From Mytilus californianus (lineage: Eukaryota): a DNA stretch of 64,000 nucleotides. The notes under the pieces were generated by a model. The model did no database searches and had not been told where the DNA came from. It worked only from the letters and a program-made list of their open reading frames with translations. Where the stretch lies: NCBI RefSeq assembly GCF_021869535.1, contig NW_026262712.1, forward strand, positions 38,874,001-38,938,000. Reading direction: 5' to 3'. A program made the translations under genes and the position numbers. Positions 26,101-36,843 of the stretch are shown in pieces. Each line of letters begins with the position of its first letter. The first letter of the stretch is position 1.

Positions 26101-28791
26101 ATTGTTTTTTTTTTATCCCAGCAAGCACAAACAAGTATTTTAGCGTTTCGGGTCATATTAATATATGTTTTAATACTTTTTTCTATCCCTTTGTAACATT
26201 ACTAGCTTAATTATTTTCAGAACGCTTTTAGTTATGCTTTGCAAATTGTTCTTGTAAAGGTTAAAAACATTTTTAGTGAACATTGTTGTATGATCCTATT
26301 GACTGCTCTAGTTTAAAGCTAATGCGATGTGGTATGATTGTCAAAGAGACAACTATCCAACAGAAACCAAGGGATAGGGAAGTGAATAAGCATATTCACA
26401 GTAGGGCTTTCAACAATGTGTAAAAGGTATACCGTTATCCAATTTCGTTTCTAGTATTTGCTCAAGATATTTGACTGCTACTTGTATACTTATTATATTG
26501 TCTGCTTTGGCAGTTGTTAAACTTTTATAAGTTGAAATATTAAAGATTTATAAAAAAGACATCGAAAAAAAGAAGAAAATTGAGAATATGCATGACGTAA
26601 TAAGCCTACGTTATTGACGATGTCTTGGAAAACTATTCAAAGGTTCACGTCAGCTGTTCCAAATCTTATATTTACCTCTCGTGATTTTTCCCCCGGTTAA
26701 TATAATGTTTTATCAAAAAAAAATCCCTACCTTTCAGCCAATAAAAAAAGAGAAATTTTATAGTTATATAATAATAAGATTTATCTTGATGATACTTGAG
26801 GAACATGGGACATGTGGGACGTCTGGTCAATAACTACATGATATGATAAATCAAGTGTTCATGAATATATTATTTTCTGTGAGCAGAACAATAATATACA
26901 AATGTATGTACCAAATTTTTATTTTGGTTTCCATTTGGTTTTGTTAACCTGTTGACAATTCTATTGCATGTGAAGACACAAAGAGTACAGACTAAGAAAA
27001 CTGGCGTTTGAATGAAAAATATATTGATATGCATGATTATGATGATGATGATGATGATGAGGATGATATCGATGAGTCGTATGCGGAAAATCATCAGGAA
27101 GATGACTGATCTAGACACTGATGTCTCCATATATGTCTTAAAATATAGATTAAATGTTGTTTTTTTTTTTTGCAATATACATATTTACTGATTAGTTCAT
27201 TTTTTTTTAGAAACGGTCATTTAATATAAAAATAAACATACATAATTAACCCAAACAACCAAAGCTAACAAAACAAAAGTAATCAAGAAAAATATACGCG
27301 ACGTCTATACAGTTGAAAATAACCTAATTCAGACTTCAAATGTGTATACATTACAAATATTAACACGATCTGTTTATGCCATTAAACTCTGTATTGGACA
27401 GATTCATCAAGATATTGTCAAGAAAACTTGCAAGTAGAATCGTTGAATTCTGTTCAATAATACATTGTAAAGAATAAGTCTTTATCGTTTCATTTTCCAG
27501 TGTCTGTTAAAAGTCGAATCCTTCATCCAGGTTGACTTTTTTGTGTTTCTTCAAATTCGATTTTAGAGGGTCTATGTTTGTGTAAATGCTGCAAATAGAG
27601 ACTAATGTTGTATATGAAATGTCTTTAAAACAATTTTCTTTATTGTCATGTAACCTGTACACGTACAAGCCAATTGCTATGCTAATGGTTATCAATTTCA
27701 AACATCTGTTTGCATTTTTCGGTTTTGTACTATAATCGTTCATTGCGTATAGAGAAACACTATAAGTATCAGCTTGTATCAGCCGTCTCTATCTTAAAAT
27801 TTAAAATGTAAATAGAGGTGTTTTAATTAGTTCTTAATGAAAATCCTCTGATATGGCAACTACACAGTAAAATAGCAAAGAAATTCATAATCGTATAACA
27901 GATCGGCTACCGTCAGTGTCTTGTTGTTCTGATAACAATTAATTTCAAGAACGTATTTGTAGGTATCATGCAATTAACCACCAATACATTTAAATCAATG
28001 TGATAGTAAACATAAGCACAGTTATACGCATTACAAGAGCCATTGCATTTATAAACAATTTCTGAAGTCACCATCACATTTTTTAATCGCTTTAAATAAT
28101 TTTGATTCCTTTATTATTACATTTTTTCACAGATCATACATGTACTTTTACGCGACAGCGCGTGTAAAGACCGAAGATGTTTTAGTTTATACAAATGTTT
28201 ATTAAATAAGCATTAGATAAAGAGATACATCCATTTTAACAACTTTTTATTTAATATCTTTAAGTTTACATTATTTTTGAAGTCAATACCTTATTGTTTT
28301 GATGGTTACACCTGGTAGCAGATCTTAAACTGTAAATGGAACAAGATTTAATCCCACTTAGTTCTAATTCATTTAGTTTGATTACCAACCTCAGTAGTTT
28401 TAAGTATACATATTTTTCATCAGTTGTCATTTGCTTTGGATAGGTTTGAGTAGGTTCGAGAATTATCAGATCCGTTTTTTGTTTCTTTAAGTGTTTTTTT
28501 TAGTTGTGTGCTTCTGATGGGTTAAGCTTGTTCAAGTGATTTGTATAATTTGTTCTTATGTTGTGCTGCTACACCACTGTCCCAGGTTAGGGGAGTGTAA
28601 AGCGCCATTGCTCATTGCTCATTGTAGAAGAACGTACGGTGACCTAAGTTGTTAACTTTTACGTAATTTGGTCCCTGGTGGAGAGTTGTTTCGTTGTCAA
28701 TCATACCACATCTTTATCAAATCATATTTTCAGTATTCTTTTTTCACATAGATTTGTACCTTCGTAATGAATATATGAAATTTGAACATCG
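8647..28791 (+). CDS. Candidate micro-exon gene (13 or more exons of 6-51 nt), unknown product; reading frame ambiguous; first and last exons not established
   Basis: Exons 8647-8697, 8907-8954, 10592-10609, 11020-11034, 13221-13226, 14141-14146, 15480-15485, 17344-17361, 19033-19050, 23638-23672, 23786-23797, 24152-24160 and 28752-28791 each have an AG acceptor (mostly T-rich) and a GTAAG/GTATG donor. They splice into long stop-free frames. Confidence 0.65.
8907..8954 (+). CDS. Micro-exon gene, 48-nt exon
   Basis: atatttttacag|AGAAAC..TTGTAG|gtatgt. Confidence 0.65.
   Translation, partial: RNNNSHTIQIQMRQL
10592..10609 (+). CDS. Micro-exon, 18 nt
   Basis: ctaaatttcag|GACAGAAATATTTTCTGA|gtaagt. 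Confidence 0.6.
   Translation, partial: DRNIF
11020..11034 (+). CDS. Micro-exon, 15 nt
   Basis: tttttttttag|AACAAAGCCTGCATG|gtaagt. Confidence 0.7.
11117..11199. repeat. (GA)n microsatellite
   Basis: About 30 perfect GA units followed by a degenerate tail. Confidence 0.95.
13221..13226 (+). CDS. Micro-exon, 6 nt
   Basis: ttctttataattattgcag|CAATTT|gtaagt. Confidence 0.6.
14141..14146 (+). CDS. Micro-exon, 6 nt
   Basis: ctttctctttatttgattag|CTGGAG|gtaagt. Confidence 0.65.
14330..14386 (-). other. Possible 57-nt internal exon on the minus strand (orphan)
   Basis: Minus strand atttatttcag|GTTTC..GAAATC|gtaagt; phase-1 reading is (G)FCLIDEQCSFIQGRSIGN. Confidence 0.3.
15480..15485 (+). CDS. 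Micro-exon, 6 nt (3 nt if the downstream CAG acceptor is used)
   Basis: tcttttatttattgtag|CAGTGG|gtaagc. Confidence 0.6.
17344..17361 (+). CDS. Micro-exon, 18 nt
   Basis: tcttttttatcgtttatag|CAAAAAGGGAGCTTTTCT|gtaagt. Confidence 0.65.
17570..17790 (+). mobile_element. Penelope-like retroelement RT fragment (degenerate)
   Basis: Translates to SNTPPVESYGVYLSQLKR..TCSYYTD...LLTQ, matching the PLE RT thumb motif SNIP..P.YGVYISQL.R. Confidence 0.6.
19033..19050 (+). CDS. Micro-exon, 18 nt
   Basis: tttgtatttcag|TCCTTGTAAGGAATGTGG|gtaagc. Confidence 0.65.
19560..19915 (+). repeat. Interspersed bivalve repeat, second copy at about 44590-44965
   Basis: Colinear high similarity (..GTTCAAAAGTCAT.AATCGATT.AG.GAAAAC..CCTGACTTGGTACAG.ACATTTTAAGAAAAA..). 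It explains ORFs 19552- and 44634-/44696-. Confidence 0.85.
23638..23672 (+). CDS. Micro-exon gene, 35-nt exon
   Basis: ttgttccacgattcag|ATTGCG..TTCAG|gtatga. Confidence 0.55.
23786..23797 (+). CDS. Micro-exon, 12 nt
   Basis: tcttcttcatattcacccag|AGATCATGAACA|gtaaga. Confidence 0.5.
24152..24160 (+). CDS. Micro-exon, 9 nt
   Basis: gcgtttatcatag|GTGGCGTCG|gtaaga. Confidence 0.55.
28752..28791 (+). CDS. Micro-exon gene, 40-nt exon
   Basis: ttctttttcacatag|ATTTG..CATCG|gtaagt; reads (D)LYLRNEYMKFEH(R). Confidence 0.6.
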
Positions 28792-29749
28792 GTAAGTTAC
28801 TGTTGTTTCTAATTGAGAATTCGCATGTACATGATGTATATGTAATATGGATACTTCATGCAAACTATAATCAATATAGAACTTGACACCTAAATGTAAT
28901 GAAATTGCAGTTCAACAAAATAAAACGAATATGCAGTTATTTTATTATTATGATTACATAATGTAAACATCCTGCATTTGTTTACACCTTTCCTAAGTTA
29001 GGAACCTGATGTTCAGTGGTTGTCGTGTGTTGATGTGGTTCATAAGTGTTCCTCGTTTCTCGTTCTTTATATAGACTAGACCGTGGAGTTTCCTGTTTGA
29101 ATTGTTGAAGGCCGTACTTTGACCTATAATGGTTTACTTTTACAAATTGTGACTTGGATGGAGAGTTGTCTCATTGGCACTCATACCACATCTTTTTATA
29201 TCTATGGACGAGGTGTTAACATTTGTTTGGAAATTAATGAAGTTTCCTCTTTAAAATACCTTGAAAATTGACATCTTTCATTTGCATTAAGTTATTTTCA
29301 ACAAATCATGTTGTTATAGATTATATGCCTATGCCATTGCTCCACTACTAAACTGTTTATTCTACTTACACTTGAGACAATACAAAACCTAATGATCAAT
29401 TTGTCAAAGGTCTACGAAAATAGTGTAATTTATTACTTTTGGAATGTCGAAAATTCATTGAAATAACTTGATAAATTGCTTGTTTATTTTGGTGCTTTCA
29501 CCTTTTTGCCTCATGGTCTCATTCAGAAAAAAAAATCACATATCTAATTAAATGGACTAAAAAAGTCATAGGGTGAATATATATGATCAAACTCCTTTAG
29601 GTAATTTTAGGTAACAACAAACGAAAGAAGTTTGTCATTTTGATCTGCTTTGATATGGTAACTGCACTTGAACGTCAAAACCACAATCCCGTCTTCCTTT
29701 TCTCCGAATATGACATACCGAATTAGATTTATCACCGTGTCTGTACTTA

Positions 29750-30660
29750 TATAAGCAACACGGCGGGTTCCACTTGTGGAGCAGGATATGCTTTCCATTC
29801 CAGAGCACCTGAGAATACCTCTGGTTTTTGGTGGGGTTCATGTTGCTTAGTCTTCACTTTTTTATGTTGTGTTTTGTATACTGGTGTTTGTCTTCTGATC
29901 TTTTTCTCTTTTTGCCAGGGCGTTGTCAGTTTACTTTTAACTTATGAGTTTGAATGTCCCTTTTGTATCGATCGCCTCTCTTTTTGATTTGTTACTCGAT
30001 AACATTTGTGTTCGCTTAAGAGATTCAGTATATCGCCAAGTAATTGGAATTCTAAGGGAGACTATCTGTGCACCACTTACTGCGGACCTGTTTTTGTATT
30101 GCTACATATGTCTGAGATCAGCAACAACCAATCAGAACAGCATCTGATACAACAATATAATAGCACGTTAAGATATTTGGATAACATGTTGGCTCTCAAT
30201 AATAATGACGTCAGTATTTACACTAATGAGATTTATCCTTTTGAACTTACTTTAAATATTGCTAACTCTACCCTTTCCTGGATCTAATATCTATATCTCT
30301 AACGGGAAGCTTAATACTAAAATTTACGATAAAAGGGATGATTTGTTATTTCTTATTGTTAATTATCCATTTTTAGATGGTGACGTGCCCTTGGAATCTT
30401 CACAACTTGTTCGGTTCGCTCGTGTTTGTTACAACGTTAATGATTTTAACGAAAGAAATATCTGTGTTACTAAGCAAATATTACACTAGGGGTTTTAATA
30501 TCAACGTGCAGACATCTGATACGTTCAGGTATTTCACATCCTATATTTTATGGTAATATTCTATACAATGCACAAAAATGCCGTCATTCACCTCAAAAGC
30601 TAAATTAACCTTTAAAGAGAATTATTCATATGGGATATAATTACTTTTGCCTGGTCCGTA
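29750..30660 (+). mobile_element. Penelope-like retroelement remnant: pLTR-type repeat followed by decayed RT
   Basis: Fragments LLDNICVR..SVYRQVIGI....CAPL.ADLFLYCY, RYLDNMLALNN, NTKIYDKRDD..F.IVNYPFLDGDVP, SQLVRFARVC and HPIFYGN, with frameshifts. Related pLTR-type pieces occur near 1480, 5720, 11640 and 16110. Confidence 0.8.
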
Positions 30661-33624
30661 AAGATGTATGATACGGGTTGTATTTTTCTCGTATAATCTA
30701 TGATTGCATGATACTAAAACCGTTACAGAAGGGATTGTGGTTGATTTTTATATGATGCAGACATAATTTGTTCTATCAGTTTAACTGAGGTCTGGAGCTG
30801 GCATGTTATAACATCGGACTTGACCTTCTTTGAAACTGAGTTTTACTGTGTATATTGCTATGTTTACTTATTTTATATTGGCTAGAGGTATAGGGAAGGG
30901 ATGAGATGACACTGAATATGTTAAACTTTGGCGCATTTTGCGCCTGCCCCAGTCAGGAACCTCTAGCTTTTGTAACTCTTGTGGGTGTTTTTAAATGACA
31001 ATGTACGATAAGGGGCGTTTTTGGCCCCCTCTCCAAATAAGTTTATATTAATATCATTGATGGTCTTAGTATAGAAACTTGAAAAAAATATTGTATTGTG
31101 TTCCGATGAAAGGAAGGTTACCTAGCAACGGTTTTTATTAAATATCAAAATTATCACGTATTAATTGCTTATCAGTACAAATTTAAATAATTCCAAATAA
31201 TATTGTTTGTCAAAGAAGAACTTGAAGTCACTAATGAAAAGTCCTATTGATTTCATTTAATTTATGCTAAAAAAAACAGCCTAGCAAAAGAAATATTGCC
31301 TAGCAACGGTTGAAAAATTAGTGTTTTCCTCCTCTGAAGTATGCGTTTAGAATTGTTTAAAGACTTTTTCTTTTTCCTATGATGTTTCATTCCCATATAC
31401 TATCATATACATCTTTATTCTTAACAAATTCCGTGTCGAGCATAGCAAGACAAATGTTGCTTAGCAACGACAAAAAAAGGAAATATTTGAATTAAAGACA
31501 ACTACAAACCATTTAGTCATTTTATTGAACACATTAAATTAAATGAAATGCAGATTGTCTGTTGATGAACAACTTTTAATTAGAAATGAAAAGTTAGTTT
31601 AATTGTAGTTCACTTAATGTTGATCAACAACTTAGCTACATAACAAGTACATAGCAACCGTTCAATAATGGGTTCTAAATGTTATCTGAAGTATGAATTG
31701 AGTAATTTTTGGAAAATTTACTTTCTCATATGGTGTAACACTATAATATAAACATCTAGAGTATCATTAATCTTTTTTTGACGAATTCCATATCGAGCAT
31801 AGAAACCCACATGTTGCTTAGCAACACCAAACATTTAAAAAAAAATTAAAGACAACTACATAACCTATGTGTCAATGTGAAAGTATTTTCATGAAAACAA
31901 GAATATAAAGGAAATTCTTATTAGGGGTGGGTCTGAACAGGTTTTACAGATATATAAAGTTAACAGTTAATGAAATGAAAGAGACGAGGCTTGTAAAACA
32001 AACACACTTCGTCTGGAATAAAATGTCTAATCCAGGCAATTAAGAATTAATATGATGTAGGGGTGGGGATGTGAATGTGTCCCCTGGGTACAAAACCTAT
32101 AGTGAATTAGAAATGACTTGTCAAGGCAATGGATGGGGATATGAACAATTTTGGAGATAAATAACGATTCATTATATAATGGGGATTTGACCTCAAGGAA
32201 TTATTCCTTCGACGAATAAAAAGAAATGTACATAGCCTTTAAGAATATATATGGTTTTAGGCTTGGACATATACAACTCATTTATTTTACATTGAAAGTC
32301 AAAGGTCAAGACCAGAACATCAATTATTTTGACTTTGAGATCACGGTATAAAGGTCATAATAATATTAAACTGATATCTCATTGCTATACACTTTATGTC
32401 AAATATCATAAGTCAATGTCAAAAAATTGAATAATTGTCGGCTCGGACAAGTGTGTATCAGAATAAAATCCACAAAAAGAAGATGAAGAATACTGAAGTT
32501 AAGCATAATGTATTGATCAATTTGTTCTTAGAAGCCAGGAAAAAATGATAAAGAAAAGTGAGAACTGAGTACTGAATCAACTGCTGTTTCTTTCACGATG
32601 AAATGAAATATGGAACGATTTTTTTTTATATGTAATTATGATGTGGATACTGGCGATGACGAAAAATGGTTTCTCTTTCATTTCGTTGTCGAATGATTCG
32701 TGAAATATCATGTAAAATTCATAGTATGTGTTTATTTTGCATTTTGAATTTTTACGTTTTGTTTTTGTGTTTTTATAATTTGTTTATCAAAATGAACAAT
32801 TACAATGTATAATTGGACATGCAAGTTACGAAATGAGTATATGAATGCAGAAGACAATTCTTTGGGGTAGATGCATATGTTTAAGAGAGGGTTTATACTA
32901 ACAGGAATGATTCTTACTACACGCACTCTTCATTTAAGTCATTGTACAATTAAATAAAAAGAATAAATGAATTAAAACTATACAAAATCTTGTCAAAACT
33001 GACTGCAGATTTAATGTTTTATGAGATCGCACAATTTTAAAAGATGTAATAGAATGGCATTTGGTTTATATCAATAATTACATTACATGTATGTCCCATA
33101 AGAAGCCATACTTTTGATTGGATGACAACAATTGAGAGGCATTTCAAAATCAGATATTATGTCCCCCCCCCCCCCCCCCCCCCCCCCGCAAAAAAAAAAT
33201 GCAACATTTATGACAGCACGTCCTTTCCTTGACAACGTCACAAGAATGCATAGGAAAACAAAAGAAAAATTTGATGAACCTCATAATTTCATGGTTGTAG
33301 CAATAAAATGTAATAATGCTTTGAATGCGACTTTTGTAACCTTCGCGCTTCATCCAATATGTGCTTCAGTCATCGATTTAACACCCAAATAACAAAAAGG
33401 AGTATTTTATGCTTAATAAGTCCACTACTTAAATGCGCACAAACATACAGCTAAGAATAAAAGTGATGATATGTATAGTATTTTTTAAGTTTAAAATATA
33501 AAACATTTATAATCACATATGTTCATTGTAGATAATTTACCAATATAAAATATTCATCATTTAAAACGCCATGCACATTTTTGTGCACAGTTTCGCTTGG
33601 TTGTCATTTTCTCACCCAACATAA

Positions 33625-33895
33625 AACTCATGAGACATACACCGCCTCGGTTGTTTCGTGGAAGCGTCTTCACCTCGAGTGCCGTATCTCGTTGGTTCTG
33701 ACCTGGCCGGGTCAAACCAAAGACTTTAAAATTGGTATTTGCTGATTTTCCGTATCACGTGGCATCAAGGGGTAAGATCAAAGACTAGTTGGGTCAGAGT
33801 CAGAGTATATAGTGTCCAGTGAGGGTGATATGTATTCCTGCGGATTCTATCCTTATGAGCTAGCACATTAAAAATTGCGACACAAACAACCCATG
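33625..33895 (+). mobile_element. Degenerate tRNA-derived SINE
   Basis: GC-rich tRNA-like head followed by GGGTCAAACCAAAGACT.TAAAATTGGTATTTGC..GAGCTAGCAC, a core recalled from bivalve SINEs. Confidence 0.6.
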
Positions 33896-35195
33896 CAGTT
33901 CGGCACTTCTGTGTTAACATGAATTATCATTGATATGGTCAAATTTATAACTTAATAGTTTACAAAACTTTGCATTGTTATAAAAACTACGGATTTTCCA
34001 TTCAGGAATAGATAACCTTAGCTGTATTTGGCAAAACGTTTCAGAATCTTGAGCCTTTTATGGTCTTATGACTTTTTTAATCGACCTTTCGTACACGAAA
34101 CAATGTCTTGTGTACAAAATTACAAGTCTTAGCATGATATCTTTGACTTTGATGCGTTTTTTCCTTTGATATTCAATATTCCTTATTTTTCTTTGACGTG
34201 TGAATATCTGGTTAAATAATTAAACGAATCTTATTTATTTAAATATGTTTAAAGTAATTATAGTCATGATAGTACTGCAATTCAAGAGGAGATATGATTG
34301 ATTGAATGTTGTTTTCTGACCGTCCAGTGGCAAATATTTCATGCATATTTATGACGGAAAGTAATATACTAGTAGTAGAGAATAATATTCAGACAAGAAA
34401 TACAATGTGGCACGCGTTGTCGTTGACCAAGAGCGGCAAGAAGGAGGGGAACATTAAAAATCACAAGACCAATAAATACAAACAACACCATTACCAAAAA
34501 ATTACTCAAGATACACAATAGTGTTGGATAGTTGTGTTTGATCTTTATTACTGTTACACTTACACTTATAATTAAAATTGTCACATGGTGTCTTCTTATG
34601 TCGTATGACTTACACATTTACAATGTATGTTATTATTCACAGTTCGGTAATTTATTTTCGCCATCCGTAATGATTGACTAAAATGTTAACTTGTTATGCC
34701 ATACTTGATAGAAATGCGGACGTGAAAGATAGCACTTTTCACAAAAGCGTCAACGGAGATTAATACATCTGAACAGAGCGACGATTTCGTCATTTATAAA
34801 GCAAAATACGTGTTTCTGAAGGGTAAAGTTGTACTAAAAGTTAATGTTCACACCAATATTGATCTGTTGAGTATAGAATTTATATTTAAAATATGTTTTT
34901 GGTTAGAATACACCATTCCACGGAGATTACATACATAACAATTCTTTGCAGTTTTTACGCTACAAAAGACCTACTTTTGCCTCGATATGCCAATACATAC
35001 AAAGATATCCTATGTTCCTTTCTCGTAGATATAACATTTACGTCATAAAGAAACTAGCCATTATAGTACGAAGAAAAGTGTGTCGTCGGATCTAGTAAAT
35101 ACCGGAAGTCATCTCCGGTCCGCAGTTCGTTTAAATATTTCGATGATTCAATGAAAACTACGACGACTTTTTTCATCTTTTTTTATTTTTAACTA

Positions 35196-35401
35196 CTGTA
35201 AATTCAGAAATTATTGCGATGTTTTTATTATTGCGAACAATGCGACAGGGTTATAATCGCAATAATTTGAACTCGCATTTTGAAATTTTTTATATAAATT
35301 AAACAGGATTTTTCTCAATATCGCAAAAATTAAAATCGTATTTTAGTCTAAAATGACAAAATCGCAATAATAAATGCACGCAATAATTTCTGAATTTACA
35401 G
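35196..35401. mobile_element. MITE, 206 bp, with 23-bp perfect TIRs and TA target duplication (Tc1/mariner-type)
   Basis: ta|CTGTAAATTCAGAAATTATTGCG...CGCAATAATTTCTGAATTTACAG|ta. Confidence 0.85.
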
Positions 35402-36485
35402 TATGAGCGTACCTACGGCCCAATAAGATATTTGAATCGCATCAACGTTTATATTCAAGGAATGTCAGGTATAAATATGATATGAGGTACGCTCATAGAT
35501 TAAAAGGCAGGAAAAGGTTTGGCAACTGTCATTTTTTGCCCTTTTCGCGAATCTTGAGGTGTTTACAGCAACAAAGCATGAATAATATCAGCGGAAGTTG
35601 ACGAATCTATTGATGTTTACAAAAATATAGGTTTTAAACTTTTAAAATATATTATTATAATTTATGGCATGTCACTTTTAATTTAAACGAAACATGTGGC
35701 AAAATGAAGGGTATTATGCTAATTTGCATAGCGGCCATTTTGAATTTCTTAGAAATCCGCCATTGTGCTATCATTGTATGGAACAAAAACACTTTATTTG
35801 AAAAAAAATCCAAATCCGTATTTCATACACAATTTGTTCGCATACGGTTTATTTTTATACAACGTCATAAATCTAATTTAGAACAAGTTCTAATTTCACT
35901 TTGCATATCTTTCGGCCAAATGTAATAAAAAATTCGAAGCGAAGCATGCATTAGAATGCATTATCAATTGTTAAAAAATGCTCTATTTGACATTTTTGTA
36001 CACAATTTGCAGATATACAACGCCTGGTGTCATAATTTGTTCGCATATGAGCAGGCAATTTGAAGGTCGTACATTTGAGACAAACTCATTTTATGTGATT
36101 TGAATTTACTGATTTTCGGCCAAATTAAAATAAAAAAGCAACATTTTTAAATTTGGGTTATTTTCCAGGGGGGCCGACACGGGATTTTTTTATTTTTTGA
36201 AAGATTTATTCTCTCAGAATGGAAACCCCTGTGCAATTTATAGAATTTGTAAAGAACGTTTTGTAAGGGCCCAATAAGGGGCATATGTCTGAAACATTTC
36301 AATAGGTCCAATTATTTTTTTATATTTTTCTTGTAATGGTCTTCAACTATACGGTTTGGTTTTGAAATTTTTTAATACTGTACGTTGACTAATATATTTG
36401 GCGCTTTCATCAAGATTGCCTAGTCTCCTGAATAGATTGTCAATGATGATCAAACCACATCTAAAATTGTTTGTATTGGTATCAT

Positions 36486-36515
36486 CAGAGACATATATGT
36501 GTATATATGTCTCTG
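36486..36515. mobile_element. 30-bp perfect hairpin flanked by a 7-bp direct repeat (minimal insertion)
   Basis: gtatcat|CAGAGACATATAT-GTGT-ATATATGTCTCTG|gtatcat. Confidence 0.6.
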
Positions 36516-36613
36516 GTATCATGTTAACTTGAATAAATTGTGTTGTACACTGCCTGACTTGAACAATATTATATATATAATTATATATTTATTCGAAAAA
36601 GTGAACAAAATTT

Positions 36614-36780
36614 AAACATAGAAATATGTAATAAAGGTCAAACATAGAAATCTGTAATAAAGTTCAAACATAGAAACATGATCTGTAATAAAGTTCAAAC
36701 ATAGAAATCTGTAATAAAGTTCAAACATAGAAATCTGTAATAAAGTTCAAATATAGAAATCTGTAATAAAGTTCAAACAT
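36614..36780. repeat. 26-bp minisatellite (AAACATAGAAATCTGTAATAAAGTTC), about 6.3 copies, just 3' of the transposase stop
   Basis: Seen directly. Confidence 0.95.
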
Positions 36781-36843
36781 TAAACATGATAACACATTTA
36801 AACAGTTCCGTCTTTCCTACTTTTTGAACTACTTGTAATACAC

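Noticed and set aside
10672-28140. Extra micro-exon candidates (8 nt at ~10672, 21 nt at ~13306, 61 nt at ~14668, 4 nt at ~18205, 9 nt at ~28132)
   Set aside because: Weak donor or acceptor, implausibly short introns, or frame-breaking.
33132-33392. Poly-Pro/poly-Gly ORFs
   Set aside because: Artefact of a C25 homopolymer at 33163-33187.
35500-36480. A convergent RAG2-like gene next to the RAG1-like transposase
   Set aside because: No kelch/PHD-like ORF on the plus strand. ORF 35704 is repeat-derived noise.
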